DNA of 43,466 nt from Candidatus Daviesbacteria bacterium (GTDB lineage: Bacteria; Patescibacteriota; Microgenomatia; Daviesbacterales; UBA10151): NCBI GenBank assembly GCA_041690695.1, contig JBEPVZ010000005.1:1-43466 (forward strand), in the 5' to 3' direction. The notes beneath the pieces are model-generated. The model was given only the letters and a program-made list of their open reading frames with translations. It searched no databases and was not told the origin of the DNA. Positions 1 through 9,558 of the stretch are shown here, piece by piece. Each line of letters starts with the position of its first letter. The first letter of the stretch is position 1. A program made the position numbers and the translations under genes.

Positions 1-1131
1 AATCTCGCTGTCGTCGGAGACGCTTCCCAAGCTATTTATGGTTTCAGGGGAGCCGATTTTAGAAATATGGTTAATTTTCAAAAAGATTACCCAGAAGCTA
101 AAGTTTTTAATTTAGAACAAAACTACCGCTCAACTCAAGTTATTTTGGATGCTGCTACCGCAGTTATCTCCGCTAATAGAACTCACCCGATCTTGAAATT
201 ATGGACGGACAATCAAACTGGTCCGAAGATTCATATTTATGAAGCTCGCCAAGAAGTTGATGAAGCCCACTTTATTATTGAGCAGATTAGAGAACTTAAC
301 CGACCCTTAACAGATTATGCAATTTTATACCGAACTAACGCGCAATCGCGAAGTATCGAGGAAGTGTTCCTAAAAGCGTCTATTCCTTACCATTTAGTTG
401 GCGGTGTCGAATTCTATCAACGCAAAGAGATTAAAGATGTTTTATCTTATTTAAAACTCGTTCAAAACCCGGTTGATTCAGTCGCTCGAAATCGAATTTT
501 AAAAATAGGCAAAGGTCGAGCTGAAAGGTTTTTTGATCTCGTTGAATCCGAAATTAATCCCCAAAGACAAAGTTTATCGACGAGTGAGATTTTAGATCTA
601 ACTTTAGCTCGAACAAATTACTTAGATACGCTTGATGATGGAACCGATAACGGTAAATCCCGAATTGAAAACGTTAAAGAACTTCGTTCAGTTGCCGAAC
701 AATTTCCGGAACTTGTTCAATTTTTGGAAAATGTGGCCTTAATTCAAAATAATCAGATGCCCGGCGAGACGGGCAAGACAACGGCGGGGGTTCAATTAAT
801 GACAATTCATGCTTCAAAAGGCCTTGAGTTTCCAGTTGTCTTTTTAGTCGGCATGGAAGAAGGCTTATTTCCCCATTCCCGAGCCATGCTAAATCCAAGT
901 GAGATGGAAGAAGAACGAAGACTCGCCTATGTTGGGATTACTCGAGCAAAGGAACAACTTTTTTGCACTTATACCAGATCTCGGCTCTATCTTGGTCACC
1001 GTTCCAATAATCTGGTTTCGAGATTTTTGACGGCGATACCAGAGAATTTACTTGAGCAAAAAGTCAATTTTAGCGAGAGTTGGGACGAAGATGTCAGTTT
1101 CGGCAAAGATGAGGAGGAATGGTTAGGATGA
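1..1131 (+). CDS. pcrA: ATP-dependent DNA helicase PcrA/UvrD (5'-truncated by the window edge)
   Basis: Frame is open from base 1 (NLAVVGDASQAIYGFRGAD, motif III). Also has LEQNYRST, ILYRTNAQSR, MTIHASKGLEFPVVF and EEERRLAYVGITRAK, the SF1A helicase motifs. Confidence 0.95.
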   Translation, partial: NLAVVGDASQAIYGFRGADFRNMVNFQKDYPEAKVFNLEQNYRSTQVILDAATAVISANRTHPILKLWTDNQTGPKIHIYEARQEVDEAHFIIEQIRELNRPLTDYAILYRTNAQSRSIEEVFLKASIPYHLVGGVEFYQRKEIKDVLSYLKLVQNPVDSVARNRILKIGKGRAERFFDLVESEINPQRQSLSTSEILDLTLARTNYLDTLDDGTDNGKSRIENVKELRSVAEQFPELVQFLENVALIQNNQMPGETGKTTAGVQLMTIHASKGLEFPVVFLVGMEEGLFPHSRAMLNPSEMEEERRLAYVGITRAKEQLFCTYTRSRLYLGHRSNNLVSRFLTAIPENLLEQKVNFSESWDEDVSFGKDEEEWLG

Positions 1132-1826
1132 TAAGTCGCATACTTATAGTTGCATTACTGCTCTCCTTTACCTTAATCGCCCCACTTCTCCCCGAATCTG
1201 AAACAAATGTTCTGGCAGCAGAAAAAGTCATAGATCCTTCCCTATCTGCTCCTCAGCCAATCCACACCGAATCTCGTTTTGAAACCAAGTTAATTAGCAC
1301 CGTTCAAATACTCGATAGAACAACCACCTATAAGGACGATCCTGAAGCTGAACTAGATACTGAACAGGTTTTAGATGAAGGCGCTGATGGTAAAAAAACG
1401 ATCATCACTAAGATTGCTTATTACGAAGGCAAAGAATATTCTCGAGATATTGTTTCAACTGAAGTCGTCGATCCTAAACCAAAAATAGTCTCAAGAGGAA
1501 CGAAGATTGTTTGGCGAACCTTAGACACGCCGGACGGGCAAATTAGCTATTGGCGAAAACTCCACGTTTGGGCAACTCAATATGACTCCCATTGTCCCGG
1601 TTGTGATGATTGGACTGCCATTGGCATGCACCAGGGTAAAGGAGTTATCGCGGTTGACCCATCCGTCATTAAATTAAGATCTCAAGTTTATATTCCAGGT
1701 TATGGAAAGGCTGTTGCTGGAGATACTGGGGGGGCTATTAAAGGTAATATTATCGATGTTGGTTTCCCAGATGCTCACACTTCAGGCTGGATGTCACACT
1801 TTGTGGATATTTATCTGATTAATTAA
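1128..1826 (+). CDS. G5 + 3D domain cell-wall protein (YabE/Rpf-like)
   Basis: Signal peptide, a G5-like segment (EGADGKK...PKPKIVSRGTK) and a 3D domain (IAVDPSVIKL...YIPGYG.AVAGDTGGAIKGNIIDV). Start placed at the ATGA overlap with the pcrA stop. Confidence 0.85.
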   Translation: MISRILIVALLLSFTLIAPLLPESETNVLAAEKVIDPSLSAPQPIHTESRFETKLISTVQILDRTTTYKDDPEAELDTEQVLDEGADGKKTIITKIAYYEGKEYSRDIVSTEVVDPKPKIVSRGTKIVWRTLDTPDGQISYWRKLHVWATQYDSHCPGCDDWTAIGMHQGKGVIAVDPSVIKLRSQVYIPGYGKAVAGDTGGAIKGNIIDVGFPDAHTSGWMSHFVDIYLIN

Positions 1827-2019
1827 TCTGCTTAGTCTTTTTATCAAAAAAGATTAAATAGATTACTGGCAAAATTCCGGCTGAATTAATAATTAATAAG
1901 AAGACAAACCAATAAGGCTGATTATTTCGACCAGATTTCCAAAGTGCAAAGCCTTTTAAAATCAGATCAAGAAGGATTAAGGGCAAAAGCCAAGCCCAAT
2001 GGTCTCGAATAAAAATCAT
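1819..2019 (-). CDS. Small membrane protein, DUF5652-like
   Basis: LKGFALWKSGRNNQPYWF...INSAGILPVIY pattern. TATAAT lies 7 nt upstream of the ATG. Confidence 0.75.
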   Translation of the reverse strand: MIFIRDHWAWLLPLILLDLILKGFALWKSGRNNQPYWFVFLLIINSAGILPVIYLIFFDKKTKQIN

Positions 2020-2047
2020 TGAATTAATTATAACCTAATTTAAAGAA

Positions 2048-2686
2048 TTAAGAACTTGCGCCGTAATGAATCGTTGAGATTAACTGCTCAACCTGAGTTG
2101 AATAATCAATTGGACTAGTCGCTCGTGAACCGTTTTGAGAAGTTCGAGTTGAGATATTCAAAAGCGGCTGAAGTTGGGTACACCAAACATAATCTTTTTG
2201 ACCATCGTTATAAGTATGAGTGTGTCTTAAAACTGGAATAGTTCCAACATTAACTGCAGGGCCAGAACATCCAGCACTAGAGTTTACCAAAATAGTGATT
2301 GGTTTAACCGCTTGGCCACATCGAACATTTAATTGATCAGTTGAATTTGTTGGATCAAATTCAATATTTTTAGAGTTACTACAGGTTAAAAGACCCCAAT
2401 TCTTGGGATACTGGAATTGAAAACCCTCACCATTATAAATTTTAAAATTTGGATCAATTGATTGAGTAACTAAAGGCGACGGTGCAGGAGTGACTGTATT
2501 AGTCGTAATTGGAGCCTCTGCATTTGAACTTGCAGCAGGTTTTGAGCTTGAAGTCACAATTGGATGACTAGAATTTGTAGAGTTAGATTTAAAAGCTTGG
2601 GTAAGGTAAAAGATCGTTCCAAGCACGATTGCTAAAACGAGTAATGCAATAACCCCAACTATTAATAAGCTTCTACCTTGACTCAT
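2048..2686 (-). CDS. Membrane-anchored hypothetical protein (PsbP-like C-terminal region possible)
   Basis: N-terminal TM helix, S/T/P-rich linker, YNGEGFQFQYPKNW motif and four Cys. Start moved to ATG 2686, which follows a TATAAT. Confidence 0.65.
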   Translation of the reverse strand: MSQGRSLLIVGVIALLVLAIVLGTIFYLTQAFKSNSTNSSHPIVTSSSKPAASSNAEAPITTNTVTPAPSPLVTQSIDPNFKIYNGEGFQFQYPKNWGLLTCSNSKNIEFDPTNSTDQLNVRCGQAVKPITILVNSSAGCSGPAVNVGTIPVLRHTHTYNDGQKDYVWCTQLQPLLNISTRTSQNGSRATSPIDYSTQVEQLISTIHYGASS

Positions 2687-2755
2687 AGTGTTTGCTATTA
2701 TACCGCTTTTTCTAAATAAAAGCAAATAAAAGGACCAATCGCTTATAATTGTCTC

Positions 2756-3763
2756 ATGGATCTAAAAGTACTCGATGACTCTTATAAAACTAGCTATAAC
2801 AAGCTTGTCACTCACCCAATCCAATCTTGGGAATGGGGCGAATTCCGGAAATCAATCGGAACAAAGCTTATTCGCTATGGTTTATTTGAAGGTAATCAAT
2901 TAAAAGTTGCTTTTCATTTAACCTTTCACCCTATTCCCCTTTTAAATCAAAGTATCGGTTATCTTCCGAAAGGACCGATGATTAACCAATATCTTTATTT
3001 GGCTCTTAAACAAATTGGCCAAGACAATCAATGTTTGTTTATTAAAGTTGAGCCAAACATTAAAATCACCGATCATCATGATACGATTGATTCACATTTT
3101 AAGCCTTCACCAAAACCGTACTTTACCAAATATAATTTTGTTGTTAACTTAGATGACTCTGAAGAAGAGCTATTAAAAAGCTTTGATTCAAAGACCCGTT
3201 ATAACATCAAGGTTGCTCAAAAACATAATGTCAAAATTGAAATTTCAGATAGTGACTCTGCTTTTCAAACTTATTTAGATCTCTACTTTGCGACAACTGC
3301 TCGCCAAGGTTACTTTGGCCATGATCGAAATTACCACAGCCAAGTTTGGCAAACCCTTAAACAAGCCGGGATGGCTAAGTTATTAATTGCCAGTTTTGAA
3401 GATGAACCCCTAACCGCCTGGATGCTAATTAACTTCCACGACAGCCTCTATTATCCTTACGGCGGATCATCACTAGCTCATCGACAAGTCATGGCTAATA
3501 ATTTAGTGGCTTGGGAAGCTATTAAATTTGGTAAAAGTTTGAAATTAAAATATTTTGATATGTGGGGAGCGGCACATAGTCCAAATCCTGATAAGAACGA
3601 TCCTCATTATGGCTTTCATCGATTTAAACAAGGCTACAGCGGAGAGTTAGTTGAGTATTTAGGAACGTATGATCTGATATTTAACGGGCCTCTTTATCAA
3701 ATTATCAGTCGGTTAGATAAGTTAACTAAGTTAAAATCTATTCTTCTCAAATTATTCCGCTAA
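2756..3763 (+). CDS. FemABX-family peptidoglycan bridge aminoacyltransferase (lipid II:amino acid transferase)
   Basis: HPIQSWEWGEFR, YLPKGP, FIKVEP, KTRYNIKVAQK, YYPYGGS, FDMWG and GFHRFKQGY motifs. Confidence 0.9.
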   Translation: MDLKVLDDSYKTSYNKLVTHPIQSWEWGEFRKSIGTKLIRYGLFEGNQLKVAFHLTFHPIPLLNQSIGYLPKGPMINQYLYLALKQIGQDNQCLFIKVEPNIKITDHHDTIDSHFKPSPKPYFTKYNFVVNLDDSEEELLKSFDSKTRYNIKVAQKHNVKIEISDSDSAFQTYLDLYFATTARQGYFGHDRNYHSQVWQTLKQAGMAKLLIASFEDEPLTAWMLINFHDSLYYPYGGSSLAHRQVMANNLVAWEAIKFGKSLKLKYFDMWGAAHSPNPDKNDPHYGFHRFKQGYSGELVEYLGTYDLIFNGPLYQIISRLDKLTKLKSILLKLFR

Positions 3764-3984
3764 TGATTCTGTTGATCAGTCGGCTGAGCGTCTTGTGAGG
3801 CTTCTGGAATAGCCGTTGGTTGATGATGGCGAACAAGAGAATAACTAACCCCTTCCACCTTTGAAGATTCGTCTTGGGTCGCAAACCGAATACTAATTAA
3901 ACTTAAAGTGACTAGTAGGCCCACAACCAATAGCGGTAAAATTGAAAAAAATCCAGCCTGATTTAATCTTAAAAATTTGGGCAT
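3760..3984 (-). CDS. Small exported/membrane protein with a prepilin-like N-terminus
   Basis: LNQAG|FFSILPLLVVGLLV resembles a class III signal peptide (no Glu5). TAAAAT lies just upstream of the ATG. Confidence 0.55.
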   Translation of the reverse strand: MPKFLRLNQAGFFSILPLLVVGLLVTLSLISIRFATQDESSKVEGVSYSLVRHHQPTAIPEASQDAQPTDQQNH

Positions 3985-4028
3985 TAATTTTATTTTAGCA
4001 AATTAATTACCTTTAGCAAGCTTTTGTA

Positions 4029-4940
4029 TTAAACCGACAGACGGTGGGATTTAAAGAAGAACCAACCGACAATTCCAAAAGTTAAAATTGGTGAAAGCCA
4101 ACTGGGTATCCCAATTTGAAAGCTTTCTAAAATCATAATTACTCCTAAACAACCGATCGAATACATCGCCCCATTTTCTAAATATACGTACTTTTTTATG
4201 CGATCGATATTAGTAACTGTTAGTTGTCTAACAATTAACGCCCCTAAACCATTGCCAATTAAAATTAAGGGAACAGCCAGGGTAAAAGCAAAGGCTCCCA
4301 AAACTCCATCTAGTGAAAACGTCGCATCAATAACCATTAAATAAATGACTTTACTTAAATCACTAATATTACCCTCTGTCATTAATTCTTGCTCTTTCTT
4401 TTCGGCATTTTCTCGAAAACCATGCACAACAAAATAAGCTGTTGAACCAAGGACCGCTCCAAAAGCCATCTTTGGATCTGTATCAAGGGATAACCAGACT
4501 AAAATCGATAAAATAATTGAAGCCGTTCCAAAAAACCAAACTCCTTGGCGATAAAAAAACTTCTCACCTACTAAACCATAATTTTTAGGCTCTAGGAATA
4601 ACCAATTTAAAAATAGGAAAACTAAAAATGTTCCGCCGCCAACGAGTAAGACCGGTGCCGCATGAGCGACTGCTTGACCGACTAACGGATCAGCATTAAA
4701 ACTGGCAGTCAGTGCTCCGATTGGACCAAGACTTGGAACAGCTAACCAAACGATCAGCCAAGGTAAAAGACCTCGAATGACAAAGACTGCAAAAAGTAAA
4801 CCCCAAAACAAAAACCACCTCCGGGCCATATGGCCCATCTTGGCTAAAACCTCGGCATTAATAATGGCATTATCGATACTGCTGACAATTTCAAACAAAG
4901 ATAACCCAAAAATAGTTAAAAGGATTGAGAGAATATTCAC
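4029..4940 (-). CDS. DUF475/TerC-family integral membrane protein
   Basis: EIVSSIDNAIINAEVL, FLFWGLLFAVFVIR, DATFSLDGVLGAFA and YVYLENGAMYSIG motifs; GTG start. Confidence 0.88.
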   Translation of the reverse strand: MNILSILLTIFGLSLFEIVSSIDNAIINAEVLAKMGHMARRWFLFWGLLFAVFVIRGLLPWLIVWLAVPSLGPIGALTASFNADPLVGQAVAHAAPVLLVGGGTFLVFLFLNWLFLEPKNYGLVGEKFFYRQGVWFFGTASIILSILVWLSLDTDPKMAFGAVLGSTAYFVVHGFRENAEKKEQELMTEGNISDLSKVIYLMVIDATFSLDGVLGAFAFTLAVPLILIGNGLGALIVRQLTVTNIDRIKKYVYLENGAMYSIGCLGVIMILESFQIGIPSWLSPILTFGIVGWFFFKSHRLSV

Positions 4941-4941
4941 C

Positions 4942-5436
4942 TTAGTTTTTAATTATCAGAAGAAGAGCGACCACAACCATCGTAACTTGCCAAATATCCC
5001 GCCAACCCATTAGTAATGGCAGATGATTTTTGCTATGCCAATGAGTCCATTGATGAAAACCATTTTCTATCTTTAAAAAACCTTTATTAGGGATTCTTTT
5101 GCTATAGATTAGTCCATCTAAAATATCTGGCAACTGTGAACCACCAATTCCAAACAAGATATCAAAAGTTTTGAGCGTTAGGCCAAAGTGCCAATAGGAT
5201 AATCCCACAAAAATAGCGACACTGAGCAAAAAATCAAAAAAGATAATCGGCACAACCTCTTTACGATAATTTTTCATCCGACCGAAGTGACCATGCGGAA
5301 CAAGATCAGCTAGGTAATGGGAAACAATTCCAACTCCACCTGCTACGACTAAACTCGTTAAAGGCTGATCCGGTAAAAAATGATAAACACCAACTCCAAC
5401 AATGGCTCCAACCGCAGTATGACCAAAAGCAATCAT
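4942..5436 (-). CDS. Membrane protein, possible metal-dependent hydrolase
   Basis: GHTAVG, SHYLADLVPH, LPDILD and HQWTHW His/Asp motifs within TM helices. Confidence 0.6.
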   Translation of the reverse strand: MIAFGHTAVGAIVGVGVYHFLPDQPLTSLVVAGGVGIVSHYLADLVPHGHFGRMKNYRKEVVPIIFFDFLLSVAIFVGLSYWHFGLTLKTFDILFGIGGSQLPDILDGLIYSKRIPNKGFLKIENGFHQWTHWHSKNHLPLLMGWRDIWQVTMVVVALLLIIKN

Positions 5437-8435
5437 GAATTAAGTATATCCCTAAGTTGGCAATACTGACAATCTTTATCCTCACACCGACTATCCCAAA
5501 ATTCTAAATTCATAATTTGTCGACCGACATCTAAAATCTGATCTTTTAAAACTTTAAGCTCTGATTCATCGTATTCAAAGCGTTCTTGATGAAACTCACC
5601 CTTGCTATCTGGTTCAACAAAATCGATTACTCCAGTTTTAGCTATCATCCGGCCACCTTCATAGCCATCAAGTAGTAATTTGTAAAAGTTTAATTGGCGT
5701 TTATAATCGCCTCGACTTTCTAATGTAGTTCCTTCAATTGTTCCTCGAGTTTTAGGCTTGCCTGTTTTAATATCAAAAATAACGACTTCCTTCGAATTAG
5801 GAACTTTGGCAATCCGATCAATTCGGCCATTAATTCTAATCTGATCAGACAAAGAGACATTTTTAATATTTAATTCACAAATGACATCTTTATTCCATAG
5901 ATCTCGATAATTATCAAAATAATTACTTAAGATTTCAGTACCACGTTCTAATAATTCTTTATACTCGCGGTGACTAATGGGCTGGCGATCTAAAACTTCT
6001 TTGAAAAAACTCACTAATTGATTTTTATTGGGATTATCTAAACTATGTGTTTTACAAATGGCGTGGTGGATGGCTGTTCCAAAGATCTGTTGTTTATCTT
6101 TAATTGTCGGTATTTGAAGCAAATTTTCGTAAAAATACTGCCAGGGACATTTTAAATAATTATTTAAACCACTGACTGATAATCCTTCCACTAAAAATAA
6201 TTCTTTAAGAAACTCCCTATCATCAACTTTTAATTCCATAGTTTGGTGAACGGATAACAACTTTTCAGTGAAGTCGTTTAGTTCTTCATCTTTAGATTCA
6301 AAAATCTCCTTATCTTTATACGCCTCATCTATCTCTTCAATAAATTGAGTCGGGAGTTGTTCTTTGCCATCAAAGCCGACTTTAGAATAGCTAATTATTA
6401 CCTGTTTTTTAGCCCGAGTCATTGCTACATAAAAAAGTCGCCTTTCATCTTGATTGGGATCTTCTAGTTCGTGACTAGTGGTAAGAACACCAAGTTCCTG
6501 CCACGGTAAATTAAAGGAGTTATGGCTACGTTTATTACCCCAATGTTTATCAAAAGCTTGAGTTATATAAACATACTCGAATTCAAGTCCTTTCGAACGG
6601 TGAGCCGTCATTAAGTTAACGGCTTTTTGTTGATTATTTTTGACAGGTTTTTTAATTAGGATTTGGTGTTCAGTAAGTAAATCCAGATGATTCAAAAATT
6701 GGCTAAGAGTTACATTTGATCTTTTTTCAACAAGATTTTTTAATTCTTGATAAAGGCCCGTTAACTTTTCAAGTTTAGTTAAACTGTCAGCTTTTTCAAA
6801 AAGCATTTTTAGAAGACCTGACTCATTAACTAAATAGGTAAACAGGTTTTCCAAAGAGTCATCATTTTTAAGTGCCGACCAATTAACTAACTTTCCATAG
6901 AGATCAGTTAATGCTTCTGCGTTTTCTAAATCTAAAGTTTTAATTTTGTCTGAACTTTTTAAGAGATCGTATAAACTTAAATGAGATTTACGACTAAATT
7001 GTATGATTTTAAAACTATCCAGTGGAGTAATTTTGAATAAGCGTAAGTTAAGCAGTGGAAAAAGATATTCATCTTGGCCAAAGTGCTCAACTGCTTTAAG
7101 AATCATTAATAACTTTTGAATATCGATATCAGTTAATAAATCTTGTTCTGAGTGAATCAAATACGGAATTTTAAGTTGATTAAATACGTCCGCCAAAGGA
7201 GTTGCATCTTTATTATTTCGATAAATAACAGCGATCTGATTTGGAGATATTCCAGAATTAATTTTATTTTTAATATCATTGGCAATATTTAAATACTCGG
7301 CATAATAATTATCTGTTTCAACAACTTTGACTGGTAATTTTTCAAAAGATTGTTGAGCTTTTAAATTTTCACGAATAATTCCTGAATCTTCAGGTAAAAT
7401 ATTTTTACTAATTAAGCTAGCCGCTGCATCTAAAACTGTTTGAGACGAACGATAATTTTGATCAAGATTTATTAAAACCGCATTTTTATAAAGTGATTTA
7501 AAATATAGAAAGTTTTCAAGTGAGGCGCCTTGAAATCGATAAATAGCTTGCTTTTCATCACCAACTACAAACAAATTCGGGTCTGGATAAAAACTACTTA
7601 ACAATTCAATTATTTTATTTTGAGAGGCATTTGTATCTTGATGTTCATCAACAAGCAAATACTGATATTTTTCTTGAAGAAGAGTTAATAACTCAGAATT
7701 TTTTTGAAGAGCAGACACAACTTCAACAATCATGTCGTTATAGTCATAGAAGCGTTGGCGCTTTAATTCAGATTGATATTTTTCGTACACTTCCGCTAAT
7801 TCCTGGTTTTTAGCGACGTCTCGCTCAAGTGTTAAATATTTACCTTTTTTCTTACCTTTATTGGCACCCTTGTCATAATATAAATCAGTAATCTTTTGAT
7901 AATCATCAAACATATTTTTAACTACTTCCGGGAACTTTTCCGGACTAATATTTTCTTTTTTTAAATCATTAGTGGCTGATAAAATTGATCTAGTGTAGTA
8001 AAGCGGATCACCAAATGGCCGGAGAACTTTTAAAGAACTTGCCTCCAAAATTGCTTGAATAATTTCGATCTGCTCAAGTTCAGTAATACTTGTTGATGAA
8101 ATCAGATGAGGAAAATCTTCAGGATGATTTTGAATAATCTCGTTACAAAAGCCATGAAAAGTCGAGATGTAAACTTTATATCCGTCAGGACCAATAATTT
8201 CGACCAACCTTTTTCTCATTGCTAAAACAGCTGATTCAGTAAAAGCCAGCGCCAAAATGTTACTGGGATTAGTATCAGTTTTTAATAAAATATTGGCAAT
8301 TCTGAGAGTTAAGATCTGAGTTTTACCAGTCCCTGGTCCAGCCACCACCATCACCGACCCTTCGACAGTATCAACCGCCTGTTTTTGGCGTGGATTTAGC
8401 TTTTTATAATAATCTTCAAACTGGGGAGTAGTCAT
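5433..8435 (-). CDS. UvrD-like helicase fused to a C-terminal PD-(D/E)XK nuclease (AddA/AdnAB-like)
   Basis: Helicase motifs AGPGTGKT, LVDEHQDTN, VVGDEKQAIYRFQGA, MTAHRSKGLEF and ERRLFYVAMTRAK. C-terminal LSVSGLNNYLKCP, GTAIH, GRIDRI, DIKTG, QLNFY and C..C..C. Confidence 0.92.
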   Translation of the reverse strand: MTTPQFEDYYKKLNPRQKQAVDTVEGSVMVVAGPGTGKTQILTLRIANILLKTDTNPSNILALAFTESAVLAMRKRLVEIIGPDGYKVYISTFHGFCNEIIQNHPEDFPHLISSTSITELEQIEIIQAILEASSLKVLRPFGDPLYYTRSILSATNDLKKENISPEKFPEVVKNMFDDYQKITDLYYDKGANKGKKKGKYLTLERDVAKNQELAEVYEKYQSELKRQRFYDYNDMIVEVVSALQKNSELLTLLQEKYQYLLVDEHQDTNASQNKIIELLSSFYPDPNLFVVGDEKQAIYRFQGASLENFLYFKSLYKNAVLINLDQNYRSSQTVLDAAASLISKNILPEDSGIIRENLKAQQSFEKLPVKVVETDNYYAEYLNIANDIKNKINSGISPNQIAVIYRNNKDATPLADVFNQLKIPYLIHSEQDLLTDIDIQKLLMILKAVEHFGQDEYLFPLLNLRLFKITPLDSFKIIQFSRKSHLSLYDLLKSSDKIKTLDLENAEALTDLYGKLVNWSALKNDDSLENLFTYLVNESGLLKMLFEKADSLTKLEKLTGLYQELKNLVEKRSNVTLSQFLNHLDLLTEHQILIKKPVKNNQQKAVNLMTAHRSKGLEFEYVYITQAFDKHWGNKRSHNSFNLPWQELGVLTTSHELEDPNQDERRLFYVAMTRAKKQVIISYSKVGFDGKEQLPTQFIEEIDEAYKDKEIFESKDEELNDFTEKLLSVHQTMELKVDDREFLKELFLVEGLSVSGLNNYLKCPWQYFYENLLQIPTIKDKQQIFGTAIHHAICKTHSLDNPNKNQLVSFFKEVLDRQPISHREYKELLERGTEILSNYFDNYRDLWNKDVICELNIKNVSLSDQIRINGRIDRIAKVPNSKEVVIFDIKTGKPKTRGTIEGTTLESRGDYKRQLNFYKLLLDGYEGGRMIAKTGVIDFVEPDSKGEFHQERFEYDESELKVLKDQILDVGRQIMNLEFWDSRCEDKDCQYCQLRDILNS

Positions 8436-8452
8436 GGAGTCCTAAGATTTTA

Positions 8453-8983
8453 CTACTTATGGTAGAAACTTTCCTTGGGAGCAAATATTTGGACGAGGGC
8501 ATTTCGGAGCGCTTCTTCCAAGCTAAGATCTCGGACAATCATCTGACTTGAATAATTTCCCCAAGTATCATCTCCAGGTAAATTATGCTCTTCCTCTAAA
8601 AACTTCATTACTTCCCAATGCTTTAATTTCAGACTCTCCATCTTTTTTGTAATATAATCAGGAACTTTTAAGCCACTCGAATATCCAAAGTATTCTTTAT
8701 GATCTTTGTTTAAAATACAGGCCCAAGCCTCTTCGTAAACATGACCATATCTTTTAACTAAACCACTCTCAAGGCCGATATAATAATCTGCGTCTTCATT
8801 TATACAAGCCTTGGCTCGATTACGAGCACCATCAAAAGTTTCTTGCTCCCAAGGAGTTTCCGAAACTCCAGATTCAGCTGCAAAATTAATCACTTCCACA
8901 TTCTGATCAGGTAAAAGTTGTTTTAAAACTTTTTCGACGGACTTTTTTTTACGCTGACTTTGGGTTCCTAAAATAAATTTCAT
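8453..8983 (-). CDS. yjjX: Inosine/xanthosine triphosphatase (DUF84/YjjX family)
   Basis: SGVSETP..ETFDGARNRA and YYIGLESGL motifs. Confidence 0.82.
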   Translation of the reverse strand: MKFILGTQSQRKKKSVEKVLKQLLPDQNVEVINFAAESGVSETPWEQETFDGARNRAKACINEDADYYIGLESGLVKRYGHVYEEAWACILNKDHKEYFGYSSGLKVPDYITKKMESLKLKHWEVMKFLEEEHNLPGDDTWGNYSSQMIVRDLSLEEALRNALVQIFAPKESFYHK

Positions 8984-8994
8984 AGTAAAAACGA

Positions 8995-9243
8995 TTATTT
9001 ATAAACTCCTTGACGGTGAGCAATCTTATGAACTTCAATTAAAGACTTTTGCTGATTAATCTCATAAATAATTCGGTACGGCCAAGCTCGTAAGGAATAA
9101 ACACCTTTTAATTCACCCATTAACTTTTTACCAGCTTGTGGATTTTTTTGTAAAAACACAAATTTCTTTAAAATCTTTTCCTGATCCGATTTTGAAAGGT
9201 GCTGATATTGCTTTTTAGCCTCATCTGATAGGGCTAATTTCAT
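8995..9243 (-). CDS. Type II toxin, RelE/ParE family
   Basis: 82 aa and basic; GKKLMGELKGVYSLRAWPYRIIYEI...IAHRQGVYK. Overlaps the antitoxin stop. Confidence 0.9.
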   Translation of the reverse strand: MKLALSDEAKKQYQHLSKSDQEKILKKFVFLQKNPQAGKKLMGELKGVYSLRAWPYRIIYEINQQKSLIEVHKIAHRQGVYK

Positions 9244-9497
9244 TATTTTAAATCTTCAAGCAGGGTGTACTGACCATTATTAAATTGTTTACGGCTTTTA
9301 GCAATATCCTTTTTGACATTAGGAATTGTTAAAACTTCAGCCGTCTCTTCTAGAGATTCTAGTTCTTCAAAACTAAGCAAGACCGCTTTAGGCTGACCAT
9401 TGACAGTAATAATCGCTCGCTCGGTATTGTCATGAACATCTGAAACAAGTTCAGGTAATTTAGCCCTAGCATCAGAAATAGCAATTAAATTAGACAT
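9243..9497 (-). CDS. Type II antitoxin, Phd/YefM family
   Basis: ISDARAKLPELV...IITVNGQPKAVLLSFEELESLEETAEVL. Start moved to ATG 9497, downstream of the promoter. Confidence 0.9.
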   Translation of the reverse strand: MSNLIAISDARAKLPELVSDVHDNTERAIITVNGQPKAVLLSFEELESLEETAEVLTIPNVKKDIAKSRKQFNNGQYTLLEDLK

Positions 9498-9503
9498 AAT
9501 ATC

Positions 9504-9532
9504 TTTGTACAACTTCTCGTACATATTGTCAA
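9504..9532 (-). promoter_or_regulatory. Sigma70 promoter of the TA operon with overlapping TGTACA-type operators
   Basis: Minus strand reads TTGACA(9532-9527)-17 nt-TACAAA(9509-9504). Palindrome TTGTACAA at 9505-9512 and a near-copy CGTACA at 9518-9523, offset by 12 bp. Confidence 0.7.
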
Positions 9533-9558
9533 GATTCAGAAACTGTTATAATCGAGAC

